A stretch of 64,000 nt of DNA, taken from the IMG/VR virus record IMGVR_UViG_3300025821_000011. One strand, written 5' to 3'. Below are positions 43,974 to 54,061 of this stretch, piece by piece (position 1 is the stretch's first letter; each line of letters opens with the position of its first letter). A program made the translations under genes and the position numbers. The notes beneath the pieces are model-generated. The model saw nothing but the letters and a program-made list of their open reading frames with translations. It was not told the origin of the DNA and searched no databases. The stretch is from an uncultured virus (IMG/VR IMGVR_UViG_3300025821_000011). Taxonomy: Duplodnaviria; Heunggongvirae; Uroviricota; Caudoviricetes; Crassvirales.

Positions 43974-46382
43974 TTACCTAGGCCCGAACTGTTCTAATCC
44001 AAACCCACCTAATACATCATTTCCTGATGATTCAAAGTCCTTAGGTAAACCATCTGTCTGTCTTTGATTTATTAATTCAGATTGTTGGGTACCTTGCATT
44101 TTAATTCTTTTATCTTTTCTATCTTCTATTTCTTGCTCTTTTGCTTGATCTGCACCCATTTGAGCTTGAGCTAATTGTATGTTGTATTGAAATTCTTCAG
44201 CCATCAACTCTCTTTTTATTTGAGCTTCTGTTTGCATTCTTTCTATTTCAAACTGAGACTTAGCTTGTTCAATGCTAACTTTTTCAGCGGTTAATGCTTG
44301 TTGTTTTTGAACTTCATACATAGCGGCTTTCTCAGCAGACTCTGCATTTGCTTGAGCTTGAGCTTGTATATTTTTTTGTTGTTGCTCTTGCTCTCTCTTA
44401 ATCTTTTGAGTTTGTCTAAGCTTTAAGAATTGATTAGCTAATTTTATATTTTTAATTTGTCTAATATCAATAGCATCAGATAATTGAATAGCTTGTGTTT
44501 GTAAAGCAACCTGTATATTTTGTTCTAATAAAGCTTTTTCTTCTTCTTCTGGTTCTAATTCTAAATAAATACCAAAGTCATGCAACTGTAAATTCATTAA
44601 CTCTTCTAGAGTTTTTGTATTAAATGTACTTATGGCATTGGTTAAAGCGTTTTCAGTTAAAGGATTTTCAATAACATCAGCAACTTTTAAACTAATATTT
44701 TCACAAGTTCTAACGGTTAAATATAATAAAGAGTCCAATACATGTTTGGTTGCAATGTTAGAAGCGTTAGCTGCCATTTTTTGTAAACCTACTAATGCAT
44801 CTTTGCTTGGAGCGCTGCCGTCTCTTGCTTCGTTTAACCCGGTTACGTCTCTTATCATTTGTAGATAATATTGATACGTACCTATTAAACTTTGTATTTT
44901 TGCTTGACCGCTTGAAGATGATAATTCTTGTACTGGTATTTTACCTCTATTTAATTCTCCGTCTTGCGTTAATGATCTACCTACAACAGAACCTGTTTGG
45001 AAATACATATTCAATGCTTCTGCTGGATTGTACGTAGTACCGTTACCTAAATCAACTTCAGCTAAACCATCCATATCTAAAAATACACCATCTGGTACTA
45101 TTCTAGACATTACTTGTTGTAGTTTAAGATGTGTTATTTGGATCATATCAGCAAAGCTAGTAATTTTACTAACTATAGATTCTATGCGTCCTTTGTACAT
45201 TCTAGGCGCTGATATACAGTAATTCATCATTACTTTTGTAGTATCCGCTGTAGGTCTGGTCATATTTTCAGCCATCTCCCACTTTAACATTGTATTTGTA
45301 CCTAAAACCTTAGCTCCTGAATATAGAACTTCTATTGTTCTTGATACTCTTTCAAAGTTATCGTTTTCAGGTGGGTTAAATGTATCTGACTTTTCTAATG
45401 TTTTTTCTAAGCCTTGTTCTGTTTTCTTTATTTTAAATACTTGGTCTGAATACGTTTTGTACTCAAAGTATAATACTTGTATTGTATTTTCATCATAATT
45501 ACCCCAGTTAGTTACATACTGAGAATTACCAGGCATATCCTGTATTTTTTCTAACTCTGATGCTGATAATGATGGGAATTGTTTTTTAAGTTCCGCCAGT
45601 GATATAGACTTAACCTCTCCTACGTAATATATATCCTCAAAGTTTGGATCCTCTGTATATGAATAAATCATATTAGCTGGATCAACGTAATCAGTTACTA
45701 TTCCTTCTGATTTATTGAAAGATGTTTTAACAGCCCCAATGCCTATAACTGTTAAATCTTGAGCTAAACGCTTTTTTGTTTGATCATACTTATTAAAAGC
45801 CAATACATTATTTATAACTTCTTCTTCTGCTATTTCAACGCTTTGCTTAGTTGTCATTTGTAAATGAACATCTAACTCTTCTTTGTTTTCAGGTAAATCT
45901 TCTAAGTTTCCAGTACGCGCCATGTCTATATTCATAGCTTGTTTGATATTTTGCAACATAATTTTGTTGTTCATATCTTCTTCCACTGCTGCAGCGTATT
46001 CAGTTCTGCTCTTTACAGAAAACGGATCTTGCGCAAAAGCACTTATTTCGTAAGTCTTGTTAGACATACCGTTTACAACGATATCTACAAACTTTGATAT
46101 TACTGGTATAGGCTTCCAATCTAAATTAAGATAAGACAAGTCACCATTTATAGATAATTCATCTTTGTATTTTTGTACTGACTGCTCGCCTCTGGCGTAT
46201 AACCGTAGTGTGTGAAAACTATTCCAATTGTTTAAATATCTATTACCATTACCTCTTCCTTGATTGAACCACTCTTGTTCAATAGCTCTAGAGACTTGTA
46301 AGCCATAATCGTAACTAGCTTTTACTTCGTCGCTAACAACTTGGTTAGGGAAAGAACTATCGGTATTTGTTTGTATTTTCAT
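43974..46382 (-). CDS. portal protein
   Basis: 802 aa directly after terminase; ISKFVDIVVNG, VTGLNEARDG, Gln-rich C-terminal coil. Confidence 0.8.
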   Translation of the reverse strand: MKIQTNTDSSFPNQVVSDEVKASYDYGLQVSRAIEQEWFNQGRGNGNRYLNNWNSFHTLRLYARGEQSVQKYKDELSINGDLSYLNLDWKPIPVISKFVDIVVNGMSNKTYEISAFAQDPFSVKSRTEYAAAVEEDMNNKIMLQNIKQAMNIDMARTGNLEDLPENKEELDVHLQMTTKQSVEIAEEEVINNVLAFNKYDQTKKRLAQDLTVIGIGAVKTSFNKSEGIVTDYVDPANMIYSYTEDPNFEDIYYVGEVKSISLAELKKQFPSLSASELEKIQDMPGNSQYVTNWGNYDENTIQVLYFEYKTYSDQVFKIKKTEQGLEKTLEKSDTFNPPENDNFERVSRTIEVLYSGAKVLGTNTMLKWEMAENMTRPTADTTKVMMNYCISAPRMYKGRIESIVSKITSFADMIQITHLKLQQVMSRIVPDGVFLDMDGLAEVDLGNGTTYNPAEALNMYFQTGSVVGRSLTQDGELNRGKIPVQELSSSSGQAKIQSLIGTYQYYLQMIRDVTGLNEARDGSAPSKDALVGLQKMAANASNIATKHVLDSLLYLTVRTCENISLKVADVIENPLTENALTNAISTFNTKTLEELMNLQLHDFGIYLELEPEEEEKALLEQNIQVALQTQAIQLSDAIDIRQIKNIKLANQFLKLRQTQKIKREQEQQQKNIQAQAQANAESAEKAAMYEVQKQQALTAEKVSIEQAKSQFEIERMQTEAQIKRELMAEEFQYNIQLAQAQMGADQAKEQEIEDRKDKRIKMQGTQQSELINQRQTDGLPKDFESSGNDVLGGFGLEQFGPR

Positions 46383-48593
46383 TTATCTTAATATTTTAGA
46401 CGAAGAACCTCTATTGTCATATCTTTTAATTCCTAAATCGTAAACTTTCTTTTGCACTGGACTAACTGGTGAATATAAATTTTTATTACAAGCCATTATA
46501 GCAAGTCCTGAACTTATAGAAGCATCATGCTTTGTCCTATTGTTTATATTAAATTTACCCCAATCTTCTAATGTTCTTTGGAAATACATATCTCCATAAC
46601 CAGCTTCTGTTTGCCCAACACAAGTTTCTATATAAGATTCTATAGCTGCAGCGTGCGCTTGTTTTATATCCTCACTTGAATTAGGTATTCCACCTATTTC
46701 TCTTTCAGTTACAGATAATTTGTTTAATCTTTTATCAGGTCTGTTCATTGAAAAACCTCTATAGCCTCTTCTTTTAAAATGATACAGTAACCTAGGTTTG
46801 TTATTTTCAGCAAGTATTGGCATTCCGTAAAATACACAAGCCATTAATACGTCTTCAAAAAATATCTCAGCGGTTTGTGGTCTAGCTATATATTCTAAAA
46901 AGAATCTATTAGGTGGAACATCTTCCATACTAAACTTTGTTAAACCGTGCAAAGCTCCATTAGATCCTCTTTTATCAACGGTTCCAGATATATCATAACT
47001 GTCACACCCGAAGGCACCACAGTGATCGTTACCAGGATATTTTACACCGCCTTTTACAACAACTCTATTTTGAAGTCCTACATGAGGAACCCAGCTAACA
47101 TTAAACCTACCGTTTTTATTTGGTACAAAAACAACCTTAGTATCTTTGATACCGTTTTCCCACATAAAACTTCCTGTGGTTATTATAGCTGTATTTCTTA
47201 AGTCTTCGTTATAATCTATTTGTTCGTATATCTTTGTTAAATTAAACAGAGATTGTTTTGCTTCGTCTCTAAAAGCATGTTGTTCCGTTCTTGGAAACTG
47301 ACGATAGTATTCGTTTAAACCATCTTGATCTCCTTTTAATCCTTCTACTTCATTACCCCAATAATCAATTACGCCTTGAGTTATTAGCGACCCATCGGGG
47401 CCTTCGGTTTGTTTTTTTGGTTTTTCAAATACAGGAAATCCATAAGAATCAATGTATCCTTCGTAGTTCCATTCCATAGGTATGAACAAACTATAGAGTC
47501 CTGAACGAGTCTGTCCGTTGGCGTTTCTTTTTGTTGCGTCGGAATCATAATATAATTTTTTAAAATTCTCACCACCTTTATCTAAAGCGTTTGATGTTGA
47601 TCCCATCATACACTTACCTATAATTCTCGAACCTAGTCTTAAACAAGTTTTAGTTACCCTCCAGTTGTTTAATATATTTGTTGGTCTTTCCCACTTTCCA
47701 CTTTCATCGTGTACTAGTAGTTTTAATTTTTCACCATCGTACGAGTTGTCCCCCGTGTTTTTCCAGTCGATCGTTGTATCGAGACCCGTGATCTCTTGTA
47801 GCTTTTCATTGGAGTCAAGTTTTTTACGGGTAAATTTGGACGCTGGTACCCTGTATGCAAGTTCCGTCTTCGGCCTGTCCATTCCGTCTTGGACTGGTTT
47901 AAAGAAAAAAGGATAGTTGACTGAGATGGGGACGACCTTATCAGTAAACATCTTTTTGGCATCTGGCCCGGACTTTGAAAGAATACCAAATCGTGAATCT
48001 GTGGATATTGTTGCCTGGTTAACTGTCTCACCTGACGCCATGAAAGAGAAACCTGATCGTCTGTTCTTAAGATAACACATTCCGTAGGATCGTACATCTG
48101 CTTTACAAGCTTCCCAGAATATAAAGAATAATCTGTTTGATTCCCTAAAATCTGGTTGCCCAACATCAATCTTGGACCACTGCAAGTACATGTAGTGAGT
48201 ACCAGTAATATAAGAAGGCTTGTCTTTGTTATAAAACCAAAAACCTTCTTCACGCCTTTTAAACTCTGTATCAATGTAGTCATACCATTTTTCTTTAAAC
48301 TCAACTGGGTATTCATCCCAATCAAATACTGATTTAATTCTATTTAGTTCTTTTGGATATTCAGAATATTTCCATCTATTTCCATCAAAAGCAACTACGT
48401 CATCTTCTTTAGGAAGAGCTATCTTAACACCTTGTATTTCGTAAACCTCTCCTATTTGACCTGTTCTACTAATAACAACTACGTCATGTTCTTGGTTGTA
48501 GCCATACTCCCATTTCTTATACCTATTTAATCTTTTAAATATAGTAGGCTTTATATGGTCTTTTAATATTTTTACTAAAGTTTGCTCGTACAT
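46383..48593 (-). CDS. terminase large subunit
   Basis: KNRRSGFS (Walker A-like), LLVHDESGK (Walker B), GCDSYD, ENN, HDASIS. Confidence 0.88.
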   Translation of the reverse strand: MYEQTLVKILKDHIKPTIFKRLNRYKKWEYGYNQEHDVVVISRTGQIGEVYEIQGVKIALPKEDDVVAFDGNRWKYSEYPKELNRIKSVFDWDEYPVEFKEKWYDYIDTEFKRREEGFWFYNKDKPSYITGTHYMYLQWSKIDVGQPDFRESNRLFFIFWEACKADVRSYGMCYLKNRRSGFSFMASGETVNQATISTDSRFGILSKSGPDAKKMFTDKVVPISVNYPFFFKPVQDGMDRPKTELAYRVPASKFTRKKLDSNEKLQEITGLDTTIDWKNTGDNSYDGEKLKLLVHDESGKWERPTNILNNWRVTKTCLRLGSRIIGKCMMGSTSNALDKGGENFKKLYYDSDATKRNANGQTRSGLYSLFIPMEWNYEGYIDSYGFPVFEKPKKQTEGPDGSLITQGVIDYWGNEVEGLKGDQDGLNEYYRQFPRTEQHAFRDEAKQSLFNLTKIYEQIDYNEDLRNTAIITTGSFMWENGIKDTKVVFVPNKNGRFNVSWVPHVGLQNRVVVKGGVKYPGNDHCGAFGCDSYDISGTVDKRGSNGALHGLTKFSMEDVPPNRFFLEYIARPQTAEIFFEDVLMACVFYGMPILAENNKPRLLYHFKRRGYRGFSMNRPDKRLNKLSVTEREIGGIPNSSEDIKQAHAAAIESYIETCVGQTEAGYGDMYFQRTLEDWGKFNINNRTKHDASISSGLAIMACNKNLYSPVSPVQKKVYDLGIKRYDNRGSSSKILR

Positions 48594-48868
48594 TACCTAG
48601 ATCTCCCTTCTGCAAAACCCCTAAAAGCTTTTTCTCCCGTAGCTTCTTTTGGTTTGTCATTTAGTTTTTCTTCTTCTTCTTCTATTCTAGTAAGTATTTC
48701 AAAGGCATCGAATATAGCTAGTTTTTTTGTAGCTGCAGCGTTTTTTAATCTGTCAGCAGATATATCATCATCAGAATCAATAATAGCTTCCTTAGCTACC
48801 TTAATTAATTCTTCAACTGCTACATGCCCAGCTTGGATTATATTCTTCTTCGTTTCCTTTGTGTTCAT
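48593..48868 (-). CDS. putative terminase small subunit
   Basis: Small helical protein directly upstream of TerL. Confidence 0.5.
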   Translation of the reverse strand: MNTKETKKNIIQAGHVAVEELIKVAKEAIIDSDDDISADRLKNAAATKKLAIFDAFEILTRIEEEEEKLNDKPKEATGEKAFRGFAEGRSR

Positions 48869-49418
48869 ACTTAATTACAATATCATTAGATTTCATACAA
48901 TAAACTCTCTGATCATCTATAATAAAATCCCATTCACTGCCTGGAGTAAATCCAATCGTGTCCCCTGGGTTGATATTAAGTGCTTTTAACGAACTATTAC
49001 CGATTTTTAGTATACCAATAAGTTCTTGCTCTTTTTGTGACCTTAAAGTGTCTTTGTTTTTCAAAGGCATTACAAAGCATCTGTCGCCAAATGATTTCCA
49101 ATCCCCGGTATTCTTATACAAATATATTTGATCTGCTGAACAAAAATATAAATCATCATTAAAGTATGATCTACTTTTTTTCTTATTACCTCGGATATCA
49201 TAAAAAACTCTAAATACATTATGATGTATTATTATTATGTCTCCTTTTTTAATATCTGTTTTAAAAGCTTTTGGAGTTTCAACTACTATAGCTAAATTAT
49301 TAACTGCTTTAAAGTTTTCAATTTTAGTGTTTAGTATTAGTGTAACGTCTCCTAGCTTTATTTCGTTGTCATATTTATCACCAAGCGGCTTGACGATAAA
49401 ATCATATAGACTTCTCAT
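48813..49418 (-). CDS. GroES-like fold protein
   Basis: FIVKP..., IKKGDIIIIHH, INPGDTIGF: tandem GroES-like patterns. Confidence 0.5.
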   Translation of the reverse strand: MRSLYDFIVKPLGDKYDNEIKLGDVTLILNTKIENFKAVNNLAIVVETPKAFKTDIKKGDIIIIHHNVFRVFYDIRGNKKKSRSYFNDDLYFCSADQIYLYKNTGDWKSFGDRCFVMPLKNKDTLRSQKEQELIGILKIGNSSLKALNINPGDTIGFTPGSEWDFIIDDQRVYCMKSNDIVIKYEHKGNEEEYNPSWACSS

Positions 49419-49646
49419 TTAATATTCTAAATCATATTCAACGGATATTGCCATGTTAGGATTAAACTTTTTCCATGGCATTACCTCATCTCCTTTTCTT
49501 ATATAAATACTGTAAGAATTAGATTGTTCATCATGTAAGATGCAATCTATAGTATGTCCACCATAAACGCTTTGACCTACAGAGTAGTGCATTGCGTCGT
49601 TCTTATAGTCGGAGCCTATACTTATTTTCCTTACAACAGAGCTCAT
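49419..49646 (-). CDS. hypothetical protein
   Basis: 75 aa, translationally coupled. Confidence 0.75.
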   Translation of the reverse strand: MSSVVRKISIGSDYKNDAMHYSVGQSVYGGHTIDCILHDEQSNSYSIYIRKGDEVMPWKKFNPNMAISVEYDLEY

Positions 49647-49909
49647 TACTTTACTATCTCAAGTACTTCTGCTTCTTCTACTTCTGCTTCTACTTTTTCA
49701 AAACTACCATCAGCCAAGTTTACAGTTATGTCACCATACTCTTCTTTTAATTCTGATTTAACTTCTTCTAAAGCTTTTACTGCCTCGAAGTGCGCTCCTA
49801 AAAATTCTGCTTTTCTAGCTTCTAAAAAACCAATCTCTACTAATATAGAATTGATTTTTCCTTGACCTTCTTTTACTGACTTCAATTGTTCATCTGTTAA
49901 TTTACCCAT
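49646..49909 (-). CDS. hypothetical coiled-coil protein
   Basis: 87 aa; ELKEEYGDITVNLADG. Confidence 0.75.
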   Translation of the reverse strand: MGKLTDEQLKSVKEGQGKINSILVEIGFLEARKAEFLGAHFEAVKALEEVKSELKEEYGDITVNLADGSFEKVEAEVEEAEVLEIVK

Positions 49910-49940
49910 TTTATTTAATTTAATTGGTTACTGTTATTAC

Positions 49941-49968
49941 TATTATTACTTGTTTTTTATCTTTTTAC
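49941..49968 (-). promoter_or_regulatory. putative late promoter
   Basis: Minus strand gtaa-N15-gtaataata. Confidence 0.45.
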
Positions 49969-50366
49969 TTTTTAAATAGCGGCCCTAGCTTGTCTACTAT
50001 TTTTTCACCACTTCTACCGATTACATAACCCCCAATACCTATTTCCAATAAGCTCCAGAATTCTGGTTCTAAAACAGGTGTTATTAAGTGTGCTGATAAC
50101 TGTGATATGAATTTTGTATATATAATTATAAAACCAAATGAAAGCATTAGTATTGGTCTCCAGCTTCTTTGCAACCAATTACCTTTAGCTTCAGCTACAA
50201 TAATTTCTGTTTGCATTTTCTGCAATTCTAACTGAGCATCTTGTAATACTTTAAATATTTGATTTCTAGCATTTAATCTTTCCTCTTCGCTAGTGAATAG
50301 TTTATCAACTACATCACCTACTTGTTTAAATACTTTAGTGCTGAAAAATTCTAATATTTTTTTCAT
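49965..50366 (-). CDS. holin (3TM, GTA-holin-like)
   Basis: WLQRSWRPILM, two TM segments, GGYVIGRSGEK. Confidence 0.75.
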   Translation of the reverse strand: MKKILEFFSTKVFKQVGDVVDKLFTSEEERLNARNQIFKVLQDAQLELQKMQTEIIVAEAKGNWLQRSWRPILMLSFGFIIIYTKFISQLSAHLITPVLEPEFWSLLEIGIGGYVIGRSGEKIVDKLGPLFKK

Positions 50367-50674
50367 TATGCTTTTTTATATGCCTCTGCCTCCCAGGGTA
50401 AGTTTTTAGCTCCTTCTTTCATTTGAGCTCTTGAATACTTTTTACCTTTCCAATACACATTGTTGTCATCGTAATCTAAATCACCACGTTTCATTTGATC
50501 TATGTGTATCTTTTCGTGGTTTACAACACCTTCTAACATAGCTGGTGAAAGATTTTTGTTTACTATAATAGTACCGTTATTATTAGCTTTTCCTAAAACT
50601 CCGTCTTCCATATCTACGCTATAAATAGGTGTGTTATCTATAGCGTATGGAGGATTTTGTAATTTAAAAGACAT
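50366..50674 (-). CDS. small zincin-like metallopeptidase
   Basis: HEKIH (HExxH) ... PWEAEAY. Confidence 0.65.
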   Translation of the reverse strand: MSFKLQNPPYAIDNTPIYSVDMEDGVLGKANNNGTIIVNKNLSPAMLEGVVNHEKIHIDQMKRGDLDYDDNNVYWKGKKYSRAQMKEGAKNLPWEAEAYKKA

Positions 50675-50678
50675 TAAC

Positions 50679-50843
50679 TTATTTCTTAACGTGCTTAGAC
50701 ATCCATGAACCTCCCATGTTAAGAGGTGATTTACCTAACTCAGAACCATATCCTTTGTTAAGATTTTTAATAGCGGATGCTTTGTCTGCTATTGCATTGT
50801 CTTTAATCAAGTCTTTCTTTTCTTGTTTGTTGTAATTTTTCAT
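50679..50843 (-). CDS. small hypothetical protein, not in ORF track
   Basis: MKNYNKQEKK...GKSPLNMGGSWMSKHVKK. Confidence 0.6.
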   Translation of the reverse strand: MKNYNKQEKKDLIKDNAIADKASAIKNLNKGYGSELGKSPLNMGGSWMSKHVKK

Positions 50844-50853
50844 AATTATTTAT

Positions 50854-51135
50854 TTACTTTTTAGATTTATTTTTTTGACAAAAACTGCTTGCAGCACCAA
50901 CGCTACCAAAACCCCATTTTTTTAAAGCCATTGCTTTTTTAGTAGGCTCTCCTTTTGAATCTTTCATAGCTCCTTTCATACCAGCAAATCTACAAGCAAA
51001 AGAAACTCTACGAGGGCTTGTGCCACTTGTGAGTCTTTTACCCATACCTGGATTTTCTTTTCGCATTTTTCTATTCTGCTTTTCGTAAGCTGCTTCTTTT
51101 ATTTGAAACGGTGAGTTTGAGTTTGTACGTTGCAT
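50854..51135 (-). CDS. small basic phage protein
   Basis: RRVSFACRFAGMKG..ALKKWG. Confidence 0.75.
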   Translation of the reverse strand: MQRTNSNSPFQIKEAAYEKQNRKMRKENPGMGKRLTSGTSPRRVSFACRFAGMKGAMKDSKGEPTKKAMALKKWGFGSVGAASSFCQKNKSKK

Positions 51136-51137
51136 AA

Positions 51138-51302
51138 TTATTTATCTTTTTTTTCTTCATCTTTTAATCCAACCCATTTGGACAAAGTATAACCTATACT
51201 GACTAATAATAGCAGTACTTTTAAATAGTTCTCAATGTTAGTCATACTAACGGATAATGCGGTTATGTTTAAAGCGTATAGTTTTATGTCTCCTATGTTC
51301 AT
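51138..51302 (-). CDS. small membrane protein (holin-like), not in ORF track
   Basis: 54 aa; LKVLLLLVSIGYT TM segment, charged tail. Confidence 0.6.
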   Translation of the reverse strand: MNIGDIKLYALNITALSVSMTNIENYLKVLLLLVSIGYTLSKWVGLKDEEKKDK

Positions 51303-51490
51303 TACATAGAACCTTTAGCAATCTGAGTAATAGGTCCTTTTATAGAGCTACATCCACAATGTGCTTTAGATAATTCCATGCCGTATTTTCCAGAACTAGA
51401 TCCTTTACCTTTTGGCAATGCGTCTAAATCTAACGGTCCATCCCATATAGCGTTCTGCCCTACTGATGCTTTGTTTTTATAGTCTTTCAT
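51302..51490 (-). CDS. small hypothetical protein
   Basis: Likely start MKDYK at 51490; GQNAIWDGPL. Confidence 0.65.
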   Translation of the reverse strand: MKDYKNKASVGQNAIWDGPLDLDALPKGKGSSSGKYGMELSKAHCGCSSIKGPITQIAKGSM

Positions 51491-51500
51491 GTTTTTATAT

Positions 51501-51755
51501 TTAAAATTGTTCGAAATCTTCTTTTTGCACACCAGGCTCTCCATTATGCATAGGATCTAACTTAGCAAAAGGTGTTATTTGCCTTTGAGGCATGGTTGCT
51601 TGTCTTTGATCAACTGTATCAAATATATACTCAGCATTACCTGCTTGGTTAGGATTAAAAACTGGTTTAGCAGCACCTAATTCATTAGAGGGCGTTGGAA
51701 CACCTGGATTTTGGAATATTGGTTGACCCAATATAGATTCATCTTGTTTTATCAT
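51501..51755 (-). CDS. small hypothetical protein
   Basis: 84 aa, Pro/Gln-rich. Confidence 0.6.
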   Translation of the reverse strand: MIKQDESILGQPIFQNPGVPTPSNELGAAKPVFNPNQAGNAEYIFDTVDQRQATMPQRQITPFAKLDPMHNGEPGVQKEDFEQF

Positions 51756-52179
51756 TGTTTACATTCTTTATAGAAACACTTAGCACTTTATCAGTATAAG
51801 TATCCCCCTTCATTATTTTATTTCTTCTACCAGTTGGTATATCTTCTGTACCGAGCATCATTCTGTACAACCTACTTATAAGTTGCTTACCTTTAAAGGA
51901 TACTTTATATATATGATATTTCTGTGTAGTATGATTTCTTTTTCTCCAAACAACTATCCAACCTTCTTTCAATAATCTATTCCATCTTCTATTATCCCAA
52001 CTATATGAAAAACAACCTGTTTTAAAATCTTGTTTAGTAAACATGTCCAAACAATCAAGGTATATTAACAATTCTAAATCAGCGTCGTTTAAATCATTAT
52101 TTCTGCATGCCCACTTACGTATTATTCTGTAGTGCTTTAATAATCCTAATTTTTTAACGTCACTGGCTTCTATTCTCAT
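51739..52179 (-). CDS. hypothetical protein, possibly winged helix
   Basis: DLELLIYL...RLLKEGWI...YKVSFKGKQL. Confidence 0.65.
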   Translation of the reverse strand: MRIEASDVKKLGLLKHYRIIRKWACRNNDLNDADLELLIYLDCLDMFTKQDFKTGCFSYSWDNRRWNRLLKEGWIVVWRKRNHTTQKYHIYKVSFKGKQLISRLYRMMLGTEDIPTGRRNKIMKGDTYTDKVLSVSIKNVNNDKTR

Positions 52180-52442
52180 AAAACTACAACTATATCTTGC
52201 ATTTTTATAACTTGATACGGATCACCGTTTATTTCTATGATATGACCGGCATGTCTGTCGTAATATATTAAATCACCTTCTTTCATACCAGCATTAATAG
52301 CTTCTTCCCCTGGAGATACTACAGATGCTTTAATGTACCTGATATCTTCTCTTTGTTTTTCAGCTAAAAGTAATCCTCCCTTTGTAGGAGTTATACCTTC
52401 TTTTTCTTTCTTTATTATTAAGTTTCTACCTATCGCCTTCAT
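52176..52442 (-). CDS. groES: co-chaperonin GroES
   Basis: TKGGLLL, VVSPG, KEGDLIYY, DIVVVL; adjacent to groEL. Confidence 0.85.
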   Translation of the reverse strand: MKAIGRNLIIKKEKEGITPTKGGLLLAEKQREDIRYIKASVVSPGEEAINAGMKEGDLIYYDRHAGHIIEINGDPYQVIKMQDIVVVL

Positions 52443-53979
52443 TTGCTCTTAAATTATTAATTACACAATCAGTTGATAATATCGTAGTAGCTACAGACGC
52501 AGCGTTTCTTAATGCACTCTTGGTTACCATAAGCGGATCTATTATTCCTTGATCCACCATATTTACAGGTTTACCTGTTAAAGCGTTTAATCCAATTCCT
52601 TCGTCTTGTATATCAGACATTTCTATTCCAGCGTTTTCTAATATTGTAAAGTAAGGAGCTTGTATTGCTTTTAACAAAACTTTTTCTCCTATATTTTTAG
52701 CTATTAGCTTTTGACCTGCATTTAGTAATGCAACACCTCCACCTGGAACAATACCTTCTTTAACAGCCGCTTTCGTGGCGCAGATAGCATCTTCTACCCT
52801 GTCTGTTTTTTCTTTTAACTCTACTTCAGAGTTTGCACCAACTTTAACCACCGCAATTTTAGCAGTTAGCATTGATAATCTTTTTTCAAGCTTTATAACT
52901 TCCCAACTTTTAAGCGTGTTATTTGTAAGCTTTTCTTTTATACTACGTATTACATCCTTTATCTTTTCGGATGCCTCAGAGACTGTTATAACAGTGTCCT
53001 CGTGAGACGTAACACTTTTTAGACAAGAACCTAAATAATCTAAATCAATAGAATCTGCATCATCTCCTAAATCTTCATTAAATATTGTGGCACCTGTTAG
53101 TAAAGAAAGGTCTTCAAGAACTTCTCTCTTACTTATACCGTAAGTTGGAGCGTTAATTACATTAACTTTTAAGTTCCCTTTCTTCTTATTTGTAGCTAGA
53201 GTTGATAAAACACCTTCTTCTAAGTCGCCTATTATAAGCAAAGGTTTGTTGTTTTTTATTACGTACTCCAGCACTTTTTGTATATCTCTTATAGTGTTAA
53301 CTGGTGATTCCATTATTAACACTAACGGGTTTTCTAATTCCGCTGTTTTTGTTTGAGGGTTTGTAATGAAATGAGAATTTGTTAAACCTTTGTCATAAGG
53401 AACTCCTTCAATTAATTCAGAAACAGTTTTACCGTCACCGGCAGTTTCCATCATTACAATACCTGTATTATCTACAGATCTAAAAGCGTCTGCTATAATA
53501 GATCCTAGTTCATTGTCATTATTTACCGATATAGAAGCTATGTGATCTAACATGTTACCTTTAACATCGGTAGCTATAGTATCTAAGTAATCTATAACTT
53601 TTTCTACAGCTGAATTTATACCGTCTTTAATTTCTCTAGAGTTTTTCTTTCCAGAAACAGCATAAGCTTCTTTTAATATAGAGTGAGCTAATACAGTAGC
53701 TGTTGTTGTTCCGTCACCGGCTTCTTGTACAGTTTTTCTAGCAGCTTCTTTTAATAAAGTAGATCCCATGTTTTCTACAGGGTCTAAAAGTATTATTGAA
53801 TTTGCTACAGTTACACCGTCTTTTGTTATAATAGGGTTACCTGCACTGTCTTCTAGCATTACGCATTTACCGCCAGCCCCTAGTGTAGAGCTAACGGCTT
53901 TTGCTAGTTTCTCTATACCTTTAAATACTTGATCTCTGGCGTCATCACCAAAGTTCAAGTTCTTGACAATTCCATTCAT
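52426..53979 (-). CDS. groEL: chaperonin GroEL
   Basis: ITKDGVTVA, AGDGTTTATVLA, GIVPGGG, GIIDP. Confidence 0.95.
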   Translation of the reverse strand: MNGIVKNLNFGDDARDQVFKGIEKLAKAVSSTLGAGGKCVMLEDSAGNPIITKDGVTVANSIILLDPVENMGSTLLKEAARKTVQEAGDGTTTATVLAHSILKEAYAVSGKKNSREIKDGINSAVEKVIDYLDTIATDVKGNMLDHIASISVNNDNELGSIIADAFRSVDNTGIVMMETAGDGKTVSELIEGVPYDKGLTNSHFITNPQTKTAELENPLVLIMESPVNTIRDIQKVLEYVIKNNKPLLIIGDLEEGVLSTLATNKKKGNLKVNVINAPTYGISKREVLEDLSLLTGATIFNEDLGDDADSIDLDYLGSCLKSVTSHEDTVITVSEASEKIKDVIRSIKEKLTNNTLKSWEVIKLEKRLSMLTAKIAVVKVGANSEVELKEKTDRVEDAICATKAAVKEGIVPGGGVALLNAGQKLIAKNIGEKVLLKAIQAPYFTILENAGIEMSDIQDEGIGLNALTGKPVNMVDQGIIDPLMVTKSALRNAASVATTILSTDCVINNLRANEGDR

Positions 53980-54029
53980 ATTTAATTAAATTTAATTTGA
54001 TTTGATTATACCTTTTCAGGTATACGAGT

Positions 54030-54057
54030 ATTATTACCCGTTTTAGGTTTTTTTTAC
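54030..54057 (-). promoter_or_regulatory. putative late promoter
   Basis: Minus strand gtaa-N16-gtaataat upstream of groEL. Confidence 0.55.
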
Positions 54058-54061
54058 CTAT

